Of a DNA stretch of 64,000 nucleotides, positions 52,398 to 63,397 are shown in pieces. Each line of letters starts with the position of its first letter. Positions within the stretch are counted from its first letter, which is position 1. The position numbers were made by a program, and so were the translations under genes. Below the pieces are notes generated by a model. That model ran no database searches. It was not told the DNA's origin and worked only from the letters and a program-made list of their open reading frames with translations. The stretch lies in contig JARLHW010000214.1 in the NCBI GenBank assembly GCA_031292075.1, forward strand, positions 1,634-65,633. The letters run 5' to 3'. Source of the stretch: Desulfosporosinus sp. (lineage in GTDB: Bacteria > Bacillota > Desulfitobacteriia > Desulfitobacteriales > Desulfitobacteriaceae).

Positions 52398-52889
52398 TTA
52401 TGAAATACAGCCCTGACTCTGCCGATACTGCAGGATCTCCTGCGCTGCTTCCATGGAAGTAATATGGCTGGTAACGGTCAGTTCCGGCCCTGTGGGCAGA
52501 ATATTCGGATCTGTAATGCCGGTAACCACGAGAACCTTTCCCGGTCGGGCCTTTGCATTAAGCCCCCTTCGATCCCTCTTTTCGCAAGACCTTAGGGGGA
52601 GTAGATGCATAAACCTCAATAGAGCCGCTCCTCGCGAATAGAATCGTCTATCGTTTAAGGAGCCTGTAAACGGATCCGCATGATCTTCCGGGACCAGGCA
52701 GTGAGTGAGTGCAGCCAAAATTCTTCTGGATGATGGTCTCCCGGGGCCCCGCCTTCACAAGTCGTCCCATAAAAAGGACAGTGATACAAATCCTCCACAC
52801 AAGAGAAACTCAAGATCACAGATCTGCCTGAGATTCAAATCCAGGAACTGGAACCCCAATGCTTCCTTGGGCAGATGCTCCACCGCCAT
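52398..52889 (-). pseudogene. Decayed bifunctional sulfate adenylyltransferase / APS kinase (sat-cysC)
   Basis: The 5' piece reads LDLNLRQICDLEFLLCGGF (Sat N-terminus) and the 3' piece RDRRGLNAKAR...TGITDP...PEL...EAAQEIL (CysC C-terminus); the middle is missing. Confidence 0.7.
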
Positions 52890-53415
52890 GGCGTTAGGGG
52901 GGCACCTTCCCGGATGGTCTTTATATTCCATTCTTGCACAACCTCTTATTTTTATGATTAGGATGGCTGCGTTTTCCTTATATTACACCATACAACAACG
53001 AAATAACAGGATGAAGCTGCATAGCATACAGCATGTAACACCCCGTCAAGGCCTGTCTCTCGGCCAAGTCCAGGATACCACTCCCCTAAACTGGAGCCCA
53101 ATTTATCTAAAATGGAAAGAGGAGAATTTGCAAAAATGATTGGTAATTGCCTGCAAATCTGCTAGGCTAGCCTCAGTAAAGCGCACTCTAATGTATTTAC
53201 GTTTTTTTTATGGTGCGAATGATTCCTTCCCATCGGTTTCCGGAATGCATACACTTTCAATAATCTGCCTCCAGCAGCAGAAGAGGCAGGGAGCATTGCG
53301 CTTATATTGATAAATAATTCTTAAATACTCGCGTCGTACGTACTCTAGAATGAGAAAACAGAGAAGGTCACTGTACAGATCATCTCATGAGCGATCACTC
53401 CATCAGAGACACAGG

Positions 53416-54072
53416 ATGAACGGAACAGGACGTATTTTTATAATTTTATTATTATTTTTAGCCACCTGGTACACCCTCCAGGTCACTTCAGGTGTACAAG
53501 CGATTCCGATTAAAAGGGCCCTGAGTTCCTTTCCGGACCAGATTGGAGACTACACCTTACTGAAATCCTTTCAGTCCTCTGCTAGCGTTGTGAAACTGTT
53601 GGGTGTCGATGATTACATTGATTACAATTACAGCAATCCATCGAGCAGACAGGTAAATTTCTATGTAGGATTCTATTCGTCGGTCGGTGTCGGAGGAGAA
53701 TATCATTCTCCCAAAAACTGTCTGCCGGGTGGCGGTTGGGGAATAGATGCAGTCAAAACTGTCCGCCTGCACGCTGGAGTCGAGGGGGGGAAACGCTCAA
53801 GTGTTACCGAAATGCTGATTCGAAATGGAGATCAATACCAGGTTGTGCTCTACTGGTATCAGAACAGAGGGAGAATTATCGCCTCAGAATATTGGGAAAA
53901 AATCTATCTGGTCCTGGATGCGCTGACAAAAGGCAGAAGAGACGGAGCCTTTGTCCGAATTATGGTTACGGTAAAGGGCACTGAAATCGAGAATGCCGAG
54001 CGTATTGCCCAAAATTTTGCCGAGCAAGCGATGGGGCAACTAGAAAATTTTCTTCCGGGAGCCCGTTTATGA
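53416..54072 (+). CDS. epsI: Exosortase-associated protein EpsI
   Basis: HSPKNCLPGGGW, YWYQNRGR, RRDGAFVR; lies next to the exosortase gene. Confidence 0.92.
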   Translation: MNGTGRIFIILLLFLATWYTLQVTSGVQAIPIKRALSSFPDQIGDYTLLKSFQSSASVVKLLGVDDYIDYNYSNPSSRQVNFYVGFYSSVGVGGEYHSPKNCLPGGGWGIDAVKTVRLHAGVEGGKRSSVTEMLIRNGDQYQVVLYWYQNRGRIIASEYWEKIYLVLDALTKGRRDGAFVRIMVTVKGTEIENAERIAQNFAEQAMGQLENFLPGARL

Positions 54073-54905
54073 TGACCCTACCGATCGACAGGAACAGAGG
54101 ATTGCGCACAGGGACGGTTCTTCTGGCACTGCTCTTGCTTTATCTCCCCTTCCTCAAGACCCTTGTCATAGAGTGGGGCATCAATGACGACTATTCGCAC
54201 GGCTATTTTATTCCTTTTCTCTCGCTCTACTTCATATACCGCATACGTGACAAACTGAAAGACATCACCATCAAACCATGCAACGCCGGCCTGCTGGTCG
54301 TCCTCGCCGGTCTCGGACAGCTTATCGTCGGAAAGATAGGATCGGAATTCTTCCTCCAACGGACCTCATTCATAATCGTGCTGTTCGGCCTGGTACTTTT
54401 TTTCTTGGGATGGCAGTATCTTAAAAATCTATTTCTTCCTCTGGCATATCTCCTCTTCATGATTCCGCTTCCAGCCATTATCTGGAATAAGATCGCATTC
54501 CCTATGCAGCTGTTTTCATCCTACCTGACAGAGCAGGTGGTTTCTGGCTTTGGAATCCCGATCTACCGGGAAGGGAATGTCATACATCTGGCGCAGACAA
54601 CCCTTGAAGTCGTTGCCGCCTGTTCTGGCCTGCGCTCACTCGTCACCATGTTCGCGCTGAGCGGCGCATTAGCCTTGCTGTCCACCCTGCCTCCATGGAA
54701 AAGAATCATCCTTTTTTTCTCTGCCGCCCCCATTGCGATCTTTGCAAACATCGTCAGACTTACAGCGACAGCCTTAATGGCCACCAGGATCGGTGCCGAT
54801 GCGGCGCAGGGTTTTTTGCACGAATTCTCGGGAATGGCAGTTTTTATATTGGGAATGGGATTTCTGGTTACAGTCAACTGGTTTCTGGGAAAAACTGAAA
54901 GGTAA
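54069..54905 (+). CDS. Exosortase (EpsH family)
   Basis: YSHG, ACSGLRS (Cys), NIVR (Arg), HEFSG (His); multi-pass membrane protein. Confidence 0.93.
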   Translation: MMTLPIDRNRGLRTGTVLLALLLLYLPFLKTLVIEWGINDDYSHGYFIPFLSLYFIYRIRDKLKDITIKPCNAGLLVVLAGLGQLIVGKIGSEFFLQRTSFIIVLFGLVLFFLGWQYLKNLFLPLAYLLFMIPLPAIIWNKIAFPMQLFSSYLTEQVVSGFGIPIYREGNVIHLAQTTLEVVAACSGLRSLVTMFALSGALALLSTLPPWKRIILFFSAAPIAIFANIVRLTATALMATRIGADAAQGFLHEFSGMAVFILGMGFLVTVNWFLGKTER

Positions 54906-54931
54906 TTACGCTGATCACAGTTAACCGGTAT

Positions 54932-55984
54932 TCACGAAGAGGCAGGAACTGTCAATTTCCCCCATGTCCGCACTCGCTGAATCAAGGGATATTCTACGTA
55001 GCGAGACATCAGAATTCCGCCTGCGATTCCTCCGATACTGAGGAGCAAAAAGGATATGCCATAGGGCATCCCCCGGTCCATTCTGGCAAACTGCAGCATC
55101 TTCCAGACAATACCGATGAATATGAATTGGAAGAGATAAATAGAGTAGGCAGACTTGCCAAAAACTCGTAAAAGTTGCAAAAGGATAGTATTGCCCCGCT
55201 GACGGGAATCGGAAGCCCCGAATATTATGAGGGCAGAAGGCACCCCATACATCAGGCGGGCAATACCGCTATATCCATTCAAAACATGTAGGTCCTCAGC
55301 AATCGCCGATATGATGAAAAGGAGAATGCCCATAATCGTTATTGTACCGGAAAATTGCGGCATTTTATAATTTTTCACCCAGAAGGCAATAGCCATACCT
55401 AGAAAAAATTCTATATTATACACTCCGAAAAGAGACGCTGGCAGCCCAAAGCTGAAAGACTTCTCTACAAGTGCCCATATTATCCATAGAAGCCACAGGG
55501 CAAATACCGATACGCCTCCATACCGGTGCACCAGCAAAATACAAAATATGCCATAAAATACAACCTCATATTGCAGCGTCCACGCCACTCCAAGGATTGG
55601 CTCTGTATCAGAGGGAAGGAGGAATATTGACATGATTATGTCAATATAGTTCGGGAAACTGTGACCTCCCAGTGAAGAAATCAATATGGTAACGAACAGC
55701 GCAACCAGATAGGTCGGCATGATACGGGTTAATCGTCTTCTGATGTAATGACCTATTCGTCCCGGACAGCTGATATCGTCATAATGAGCAAATAAAATTA
55801 TAAACCCGCTAATAACAAAAAATAAATCGACACCGGCATGCCCAAACTGAAAGATATGCCCCAAAGAGGAATGATCAGGCGTTTTCTCCAGATGACGAAA
55901 GACATGGTAGAGGACAACAATTATTGCTGCTATACCCCGGCATAATTCTATTCCCTCAAGTTTTTTTTTCGAAATCCCAGACAC
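54932..55984 (-). CDS. Acyltransferase-3 family O-acyltransferase
   Basis: RGIAA..VVLYH, GVDLFFVISGF, RRLTRI.P, WTLQYE. Confidence 0.92.
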   Translation of the reverse strand: MSGISKKKLEGIELCRGIAAIIVVLYHVFRHLEKTPDHSSLGHIFQFGHAGVDLFFVISGFIILFAHYDDISCPGRIGHYIRRRLTRIMPTYLVALFVTILISSLGGHSFPNYIDIIMSIFLLPSDTEPILGVAWTLQYEVVFYGIFCILLVHRYGGVSVFALWLLWIIWALVEKSFSFGLPASLFGVYNIEFFLGMAIAFWVKNYKMPQFSGTITIMGILLFIISAIAEDLHVLNGYSGIARLMYGVPSALIIFGASDSRQRGNTILLQLLRVFGKSAYSIYLFQFIFIGIVWKMLQFARMDRGMPYGISFLLLSIGGIAGGILMSRYVEYPLIQRVRTWGKLTVPASS

Positions 55985-56209
55985 GGTAAAACAGCTCCTT
56001 AAATCCAGACGACGCTTAACAAGCTTTTGAAGTTATTTTCCGGATGGCCGTTTCGCCAGCCGAAAGGTGAGAAGAGCTGCCCTTATACCCCACAGGCACC
56101 TGAACCTGCGCACTCCGGTCTTTCACAATAGCTTCCATACCAACTCCCCAGACCGGCGACATGGTCATCTCCGCTGCTGAAGCGCAATCAATGATTCACA
56201 CAATGAGGA

Positions 56210-59050
56210 TCACCGGAGAACAAGGCATTTCATAACAAATTTTTGTTCTTCCGGAAGCCTTGTCAGAGTCAGAGTCTGCTTTGTTCCCTTTTCACCGGGG
56301 ACAGGATTTTCAGCGATATTTCTGGCAGCGAAAAATGCTGTATACTTCCCAGGGTCGTATTGATATACGCGGGTGTTTTTATTAAAACCCAACCATTCGA
56401 CTATGGGTTTATCGCTGTATTTTATCTGATATTCCAGTGCCCCCGCAGGTACTGTCCAGCTCAAGGTATAAGATCCGTTACCGTTTACCCCGACTTCAAG
56501 CGGAACATATTCCCAAATTGGGACTGATTTTTTATTGAGATATGTCCACATGAAGGCCTGCTCCTGCAATTCCGACGGGCTCCTTTCTGTCGCATATTCA
56601 GTAATTTCCCAAAGCAGCTGAGCCGCCTGATCTAGGTATTTTGCATCACCCGTCTGCTGATAAAGCCAAACAGCGGCCCGCTCTGCACTATACGGAGAGA
56701 GCTCTTTTGATTGTAAATTCTTCGAATTATCATCCAGGTAATAATTATAATTCCAACCGTATTTAAATCTCCCGCCACCCTCAGGGGCGTCAGGCGGCCA
56801 GGCAACGAGGTACTCATCAAAGAAAAAATGAGCCAATCCGCTCAGATAATCTTCCAAATCGTGTTTGCGGGCAAAATTCCAATTCGTGTCCTCCATTATC
56901 CGATACAACTGCCAGACTGCTTCAAAATGGATCTGGGTATAAAAAAAGGAATGTACCTGACGCTCGCTCCCATCAAGTGTTGTGTCCCAATACAGGTAAC
57001 CTCTCTCCAGGTTTCTTCCTTCAGTTTTGAGACCGGGCTTATCTCTGAGATCGAGAAATGCGTTGATTGCGGAATCAAGCTCTTTTTTATAGGGGATATT
57101 ACAATTCCCTATTTGGCACGTGAACTCGAATGCATAGGCCAAGTTTCTCAATTTTCTCGACCATCCCCTGAGATATGGAGTGGCCGGCACCTTATACCAG
57201 CCAGAGATCTGCGACCGCATCATGGTCTTGCCGTAATCAACACATGCATCCTTGATTTCCTCATTGCCTGTAAGGAAATAATAGAGAGGAAGGGAACCGG
57301 CATGAGCATGTTCCATATCGAATATACTCATACTCATTGACCGCCCTCCCTCGAACGGACCTTTTGCACCTTTAATCTGTTCAAGTGCAAAATTATCGGC
57401 TCGGAATACAGCGCCATCACCATTACGCAACGTCCATTGCTCACCTCTCAGAAAGAAACCGCTATTCCCGGTGCGGAGAAAATCAATCAGGTCATCCAGT
57501 GCAAGATCCGTCTGATTTCCCCCGCCGGTCATGGGCCAATACCAGGGACGAACCAACGCACTTAAAGGGAAATTATCCAGAGAGGGAGACTTTGCGGATT
57601 GTCCGATGCTGTTGAAAAACTCTGCTTGCTCATGCGGAGAAACAAGTTCAGCCTGACCGAAGACAGCCTTTGTCTGCCTGTAGTAATTAAACTGCGCCCT
57701 GGCAATCAACGGATACTGCAGGGCAAAAAGAACAGTTTTTCCATCCTTCGGCTGGGTATGAAAATCAAGCATCAACTCATGGCTGTCATGCTTCCCCCAT
57801 ATAAGCGAAAGGATCGTGGTTGCTATGTGGGAATAGAGTTCAACGGAAGCCTCGCCATTCTCGTTGAACTCAAAGCCTGTTGGCCAATAAAGAGGCATGA
57901 AGCGGGAAGCCAGTGTCAACCCGGAGCCCGATGCATCCGAGATATCGGCATAGCCCTGCGTCGCGTCCGTCATATTCCCCAAAGCATTGATCTTTTCATT
58001 GCCGGCACGTATTTCCAGGCCGGAAAATGCCGGATCGTAGGTATATTTGTTATTGACGCATACTCCGGGAGCGGGGGGCTCCCAGGTATAACAATCCGTT
58101 TCAAAATCTCTAATCGTGTACTTTTTATTATATCCCTGCAAGAGGCTGGCAGTGCTGCCAGGGGGAATCGCACGAGAAACCGTATCCTTATCCCGGCTGA
58201 ACGTTGCCGTTTTAACGCCATCGAGTGACAGAGGAACCACAAACCTCACATTTTTAAACTGGGCAGCAGCGTTGGAATTTTTGTCAGCATTTCTGAGAAT
58301 CACATCGGCCTTTACATTTGAGGCGTTCCGGTAAAAATATAAACGCATCGTGTAGTCCATAAGCCGATTTCCCCCAGGACCTTTTAGGCTGCCTACAGCC
58401 CTGATAACAGCACGGGAGGGACCGTTTTCCTCAATTACTGCAGTAGAAGAGGCATCGTTCGCCGAAGAATACACCACCCCATCGGCACCATCCGCGGAAA
58501 TCCGCCCAGGATTGTTGCTCTGCACCAATGTCTTTGAGCCGACCACGACGGAATCGAGGATATTGAAATTTGTCTTCCTTACGGTAAATAGGGCCTTTCC
58601 GGTCGTAACCGTTATTGAAGAGCCGCTATCAGCAGCCAGATTGTCTCCGCCGAAATTCCCGTTGCCCGCGATCAATGAAACGCCGGCATTTGTCCCTCCA
58701 GCAGGAACGTCGGCCTGAAAATCAGTCAATACCCAGCGTATATTGCCGTTGGGCCACCAGGCAAGAGCACGAAACTGGCCGACCGCGGCCCCGGAAAGCC
58801 CCAGCTGCTTAACGTCTTTAATGCCGCTGTTTTCTGCCAGGGGAATTCCCGCCGTTACCGGGGCAGAGCTGCGTGCCATTCCTTTTACATCACCGGGCAG
58901 GGCTTCCTGGACGGTCAAGGGGACGGAAAATCGCTCACCGGCTGCAAATACTTCGGAGTTGCCAGAAAAGTATGAAAAAATGACGGCCCCAATAATAGAA
59001 AAGGCTGCTGACCTGACTGCACAGCGAAAGGCTCGCTCAAGAGTATTCAT
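56210..59050 (-). CDS. Large secreted protein, possibly polysaccharide lyase-like
   Basis: Signal peptide ending VFA, PVTAGIPL / WPNGNIRW N-terminal module, ENGP..AVI beta region, aromatic helical C-half; function inferred only. Confidence 0.6.
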   Translation of the reverse strand: MNTLERAFRCAVRSAAFSIIGAVIFSYFSGNSEVFAAGERFSVPLTVQEALPGDVKGMARSSAPVTAGIPLAENSGIKDVKQLGLSGAAVGQFRALAWWPNGNIRWVLTDFQADVPAGGTNAGVSLIAGNGNFGGDNLAADSGSSITVTTGKALFTVRKTNFNILDSVVVGSKTLVQSNNPGRISADGADGVVYSSANDASSTAVIEENGPSRAVIRAVGSLKGPGGNRLMDYTMRLYFYRNASNVKADVILRNADKNSNAAAQFKNVRFVVPLSLDGVKTATFSRDKDTVSRAIPPGSTASLLQGYNKKYTIRDFETDCYTWEPPAPGVCVNNKYTYDPAFSGLEIRAGNEKINALGNMTDATQGYADISDASGSGLTLASRFMPLYWPTGFEFNENGEASVELYSHIATTILSLIWGKHDSHELMLDFHTQPKDGKTVLFALQYPLIARAQFNYYRQTKAVFGQAELVSPHEQAEFFNSIGQSAKSPSLDNFPLSALVRPWYWPMTGGGNQTDLALDDLIDFLRTGNSGFFLRGEQWTLRNGDGAVFRADNFALEQIKGAKGPFEGGRSMSMSIFDMEHAHAGSLPLYYFLTGNEEIKDACVDYGKTMMRSQISGWYKVPATPYLRGWSRKLRNLAYAFEFTCQIGNCNIPYKKELDSAINAFLDLRDKPGLKTEGRNLERGYLYWDTTLDGSERQVHSFFYTQIHFEAVWQLYRIMEDTNWNFARKHDLEDYLSGLAHFFFDEYLVAWPPDAPEGGGRFKYGWNYNYYLDDNSKNLQSKELSPYSAERAAVWLYQQTGDAKYLDQAAQLLWEITEYATERSPSELQEQAFMWTYLNKKSVPIWEYVPLEVGVNGNGSYTLSWTVPAGALEYQIKYSDKPIVEWLGFNKNTRVYQYDPGKYTAFFAARNIAENPVPGEKGTKQTLTLTRLPEEQKFVMKCLVLR

Positions 59051-60251
59051 TTTTTTCCTCCCCTCCTGCCTGCATAATTGTTTCAAAATGCCCAACAAGC
59101 GCAGCGACCCTTTTCTCCCAGGTATTCTCCTGCGCATAGGCGACAATTTTCTCGTGATCCCACGTCTTCGTCAATGCAGCGCGAATGGCTTGCAACAGGT
59201 CATGCGCGTTTTCGAGATCAAAAAGAATCCCGTAATCGTCGGAACAGACAACTTCCGAATTCCCTCCCACCCGGCTGGTCACAACCGGAAGACCACAGGC
59301 CATGGCCTCCAGGAAGACATTGGCCCAGCCCTCGCCGGTGGTCGGCAGGACAAAGACATCCGCAGCGCACAGCCACCGGTACATTTCCCCATGGGGCTGA
59401 CCGCCCGCAAAGAGAACCCGATTCTCAAGTTTCAATTCCTGCACCAGTAAACGGAGCCTTCTCTCATAACTGGTGCCATCCCCCGGTGCAGCGCCTACCA
59501 TCACATAGTAGAGAGAATCTATTTCTGTTGCCAGCTCTGGCAGCAGAGAGATGACCCGGTCAAAACCCTTTCTTTCTATAAGCCAGCCAACCGTAATAAG
59601 TATTCTTGCCGATTCAGGCAGCCCGAGCAGCCTTCTTGCGGTCCGTTTTTCTGCCTGGCGAAACTTATCGATATCGACCCCGTTGGGGACAACATGCATT
59701 TTTCCCGGATCTATCTTCAGGACCTGGAAATAATCCTTCAGGGCAGTGCAGACAGAAAAGACCCTGGTGGCGCGGCCAAGGGCCCGGAGCACCTGAACCT
59801 TGGCCAGAGGAGAGCGGATAAACTTCCCCGGGTTGCTCTCGCGCAGGGTGACCGTCAGAGGCCTGTTGAACACCCTGCTGAGCCAGCAGGCTCCCACCGC
59901 ATCTGGGTAAATGAAATGGGAATCAATAATATCGAATCCGAAGATTTTGCGTAACGACCGCACAGTCCAGAAAGAGGAGAGAAACAAAAAAAAACCATCA
60001 AGAAATTTGCATACGCCAGGGATATTGAAAAACCGCGGGTGATAAACCTCAATGCCGTCCTGGATCTCCAGATACGGGACCTTGGGACGATAACCCGGCC
60101 GAATCAACTCTATAAAAGGGAACCAGGGCACCGGAGCGACGACCTTCACCTCGCAATGCCTGGCGACTTTAAACATCCGCTCACGGACAAACACCCCCAG
60201 GGTAGGCTGCTTTTCATTGGGAAATACGGTTGTAAAGACCAGAATTTTCAA
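59037..60251 (-). CDS. GT4 glycosyltransferase
   Basis: VPNGVD, RKG, EGWANVFLEAMACG. Confidence 0.92.
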   Translation of the reverse strand: MKILVFTTVFPNEKQPTLGVFVRERMFKVARHCEVKVVAPVPWFPFIELIRPGYRPKVPYLEIQDGIEVYHPRFFNIPGVCKFLDGFFLFLSSFWTVRSLRKIFGFDIIDSHFIYPDAVGACWLSRVFNRPLTVTLRESNPGKFIRSPLAKVQVLRALGRATRVFSVCTALKDYFQVLKIDPGKMHVVPNGVDIDKFRQAEKRTARRLLGLPESARILITVGWLIERKGFDRVISLLPELATEIDSLYYVMVGAAPGDGTSYERRLRLLVQELKLENRVLFAGGQPHGEMYRWLCAADVFVLPTTGEGWANVFLEAMACGLPVVTSRVGGNSEVVCSDDYGILFDLENAHDLLQAIRAALTKTWDHEKIVAYAQENTWEKRVAALVGHFETIMQAGGEEKNEYS

Positions 60252-62209
60252 TGGGAATCACCCGAATAGTTGCGATCCCAAAGGTTGAGCATCAGTACTG
60301 CCCACAACTCCGCCGTCCAGTCACGGCGCCCGCTGACATGTTGATGATACATTGATTCAAGGTGCGATCTATTCAGATACTTATGAGTCGCCGGGCCATC
60401 GACAGCGCAAGCATGCAGATAGTCTTTCAAATCCCGGCGGAACCACTCCTTGACAGGCATACTGAAACCCATTTTTTCTCGCCAAAGCGTTTCAGCCGGA
60501 AGATAACGGCTCAGGGCCTGTTTGAATATATGTTTACCGTCCTTCCCTGCAAGCTTCATGTCCGATGGAATTCCGGCGGCATATTCCATGAGACGGTGAT
60601 CGAGAATCGGGCAGCGCACCTCCAGAGAAACCGCCATGCTGGCACGATCTACCTTGGTAAGGATTTCCTCGGCAAGATAGGTTTTAATATCAATGTATTG
60701 AATTTTCGAAAGATGGTCAACCGCAGGCGCCTTACGGTATAAATCCTTAAAAAGGTCATCTGTGCGGTATCCCTGCAGGGCGTGCAGGATTTCAGGCTTG
60801 AGCAGCCTGCGTTTATCCTCCTCCTTAAAAGCGCTCATGGAAAAGCAGTAGGCCTCTGCTGGGTCACGGGCAATATTAGAGAGAAGGGTTTTGGCCCGGA
60901 ACATCTGTGGCAGATAATCGGCCTTCGGATAGAGAAACCCAAGAGTCCCAAACAAAGAACGCCGTATCGAATCCGGAAGCAGTCCCCGGATCCGCTGCTC
61001 AAGGCAATCGAAATAATAGCGCCTGTAACCGGCAAAATTTTCATCGCCGCCATCACCGGAGAGAGCCACGGTTACACGATCGCGGGTCATTTTGGATACA
61101 TAATAGGTTGGCACTGCAGAAGGATCGGCAAATGGCTCATCATAGTGCCAAGCCAGCTTTTCGATAACAGAAACGGCATCCGGCTCAACCAGGAATTCCT
61201 GATGATCGGTACCGAAACGTTTTGCAATATCACGGGCGTATACGGATTCATCATACCGTGCATACGGAAATGCAATGGCGTTCGTCTTCACCGGCTCCCT
61301 GGACACCTTCGACATACAGGCAACAACTGCAGATGAATCGACACCGCCGGACAGGAAGGCCCCAAGCGGAACTTCACTGATCATGCGCATACGGGTTGCA
61401 TCCTGCAGGATTTCAAGCAATCCCTCCTGTATCTGTTCAGAACTTCTGTGCCCATCCGGTTCGAAGGAAAGGTCCCAATACTGGGTAATGGTGCAGGCTG
61501 TCGCTGTAATAACGGCATAATGCGCTGCCGGAAGCTTGCAGACGGAGGTGAAAATAGATTGAGGAGCAGGGATATACAGCAAAGAGAGATAGTCGGAGAG
61601 CGCCTGCATATTGAGCGTACGGGGCACGTCCTGATAATCCAGAATGGCCTTGATTTCCGAGGCAAAAAGGAAGCGACTGTCTTCGAGAGCATAGTAAAGC
61701 GGCTTTTTGCCGAGACGGTCTCGGGCAATGAAAAGCTCTTGCCGCCTGTTATCCCAGAGGGCAAAGGCAAACATGCCCCGGAATTTCTCCACGCAACGTT
61801 CACCGTACTCCTCATAGGCATGGACAATGGTTTCCGTATCAGAGTTGGTCCGGAACTGATGTCCCCTGCCTTTCAACTCTGCAGCAAGTTCCTGGAAATT
61901 ATAAATCTCGCCGTTAAAGGCTATCCAGATGCTGCCGTCTTCATTGGAAAGTGGCTGCTGTCCCGATTTAAGATCAATAATACTCAGCCTGCGATGTCCC
62001 AGACCGACCCAACCGGCTGCAAGCGGTGCCGGTTCCGGCAGAAAATGTATCGGGATCCCCTCCCTCTCCAATGAAGCGGAAGGAGACGCGTTCACAAAAT
62101 ATCCTTCCTCATCGGGACCACGATGCAGCAGCGTCCGCGTCATCCGGATCAGGCCATCGGGATTGACAGGCTGACCATTACGCTGAAATATACCGGTTAT
62201 GCCACACAC
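60248..62209 (-). CDS. asnB: Asparagine synthase-family amidotransferase (EPS/exosortase-associated)
   Basis: MCGI, GHRRLSIID, NGEIYN, LSGGVDSS, SGDGGDE. Confidence 0.92.
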   Translation of the reverse strand: MCGITGIFQRNGQPVNPDGLIRMTRTLLHRGPDEEGYFVNASPSASLEREGIPIHFLPEPAPLAAGWVGLGHRRLSIIDLKSGQQPLSNEDGSIWIAFNGEIYNFQELAAELKGRGHQFRTNSDTETIVHAYEEYGERCVEKFRGMFAFALWDNRRQELFIARDRLGKKPLYYALEDSRFLFASEIKAILDYQDVPRTLNMQALSDYLSLLYIPAPQSIFTSVCKLPAAHYAVITATACTITQYWDLSFEPDGHRSSEQIQEGLLEILQDATRMRMISEVPLGAFLSGGVDSSAVVACMSKVSREPVKTNAIAFPYARYDESVYARDIAKRFGTDHQEFLVEPDAVSVIEKLAWHYDEPFADPSAVPTYYVSKMTRDRVTVALSGDGGDENFAGYRRYYFDCLEQRIRGLLPDSIRRSLFGTLGFLYPKADYLPQMFRAKTLLSNIARDPAEAYCFSMSAFKEEDKRRLLKPEILHALQGYRTDDLFKDLYRKAPAVDHLSKIQYIDIKTYLAEEILTKVDRASMAVSLEVRCPILDHRLMEYAAGIPSDMKLAGKDGKHIFKQALSRYLPAETLWREKMGFSMPVKEWFRRDLKDYLHACAVDGPATHKYLNRSHLESMYHQHVSGRRDWTAELWAVLMLNLWDRNYSGDSH

Positions 62210-63381
62210 TTCCCCCCTCCTTTGTGCCGCTTCTTCTCAACCAACTTAACAGTGCGAACAGCATTGCCTTCCCAGAAATAATCCCGACTCACCACAGTCT
62301 CCCGGGCATGCGCACTGCGCGCACGAATCTCCTCCGCACTGCTTAAGGCATTTTTTATCATACCTGCGAACTGGACCTCATCGTTGATGTCACACAACCA
62401 GGAATTATAGCCGTCGGTCAGGATCTCCTCTATATTTTCAAAACGAGGGGCAAGAACAGGCTTTCCCAGGCCAAGGTATTCAAAGATTTTCATGGGGCTG
62501 GCATATGACGTAACGTTTGGCTGCAGAGCCAGATCGAAGACCTTTATATGCTGATAGACAGAATCATGAGGCAAAGGACCGGTAAAAAAAACCGATCTGC
62601 CGGATAAGCCCAATCTCTCTGCCTGCGCCTGGAGTTGTGCGAGGATCGGTCCGCCACCAACCAGAAGCAGGCAGGCCCCCTGTTGCGCAAGTTGCTGAGC
62701 ATAAAACAAATCAATCAACCGATCCAGACCATGCCATGGACGAAACCAACCGACAAAACCCAAAACAATGGCATCCCGGGGAATGCCAAGAGACTCTTTC
62801 AAAGCCGGATTATTGGGTGACTCCAATAATAATTCTTTACGGATGCCATTCGGCATAACAATAACTTTCTCAGGGCGCACACCTTCAGCGATCAGAATAT
62901 TTTTTAAAGGTGTTGTGACCGTCAGCGTATATGTAGCCGAAGAACATATGATTTTTTCGAACCACGCGGCCAGGCGAGGAAAACTGAGATGGCCATATTG
63001 ACGTTTTTCAAATGCCAGAGGAGCATTCACCTCCAATACAACCGGAATTCCGGTCAGACGGGAGACAACCACACCTGCGGCATTATAGAGTGCATACCGC
63101 TCATAGATGAAATCAGGCCTGGTCCGTATAATTTTCAACAGGAGAGCAAAAATTGCAAAAAGATTATAGGATATTTCCGCCAGTTCAAAAATCATCTCCG
63201 GCATGGCACTTTTCAATCTGCCAAGAAGTGAGACCTCTCCCTTTTGCTCACGTCCACCGCGTTTTACAAGTGAAAATAATTCCACATGATGACCATTCAA
63301 TTCAAATGCACGAATCATTTCGGCAATATGAATCCCCTGAGCATCTTCGACCATAGTTCTGTGATGATAGAGTATGTTCAT
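62197..63381 (-). CDS. GT4 glycosyltransferase
   Basis: EVNAP, MPNG, GWFRPWHG, SPMKIFEY. Confidence 0.92.
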   Translation of the reverse strand: MNILYHHRTMVEDAQGIHIAEMIRAFELNGHHVELFSLVKRGGREQKGEVSLLGRLKSAMPEMIFELAEISYNLFAIFALLLKIIRTRPDFIYERYALYNAAGVVVSRLTGIPVVLEVNAPLAFEKRQYGHLSFPRLAAWFEKIICSSATYTLTVTTPLKNILIAEGVRPEKVIVMPNGIRKELLLESPNNPALKESLGIPRDAIVLGFVGWFRPWHGLDRLIDLFYAQQLAQQGACLLLVGGGPILAQLQAQAERLGLSGRSVFFTGPLPHDSVYQHIKVFDLALQPNVTSYASPMKIFEYLGLGKPVLAPRFENIEEILTDGYNSWLCDINDEVQFAGMIKNALSSAEEIRARSAHARETVVSRDYFWEGNAVRTVKLVEKKRHKGGGKCVA

Positions 63382-63397
63382 TGCGCTGCAATCTTTT

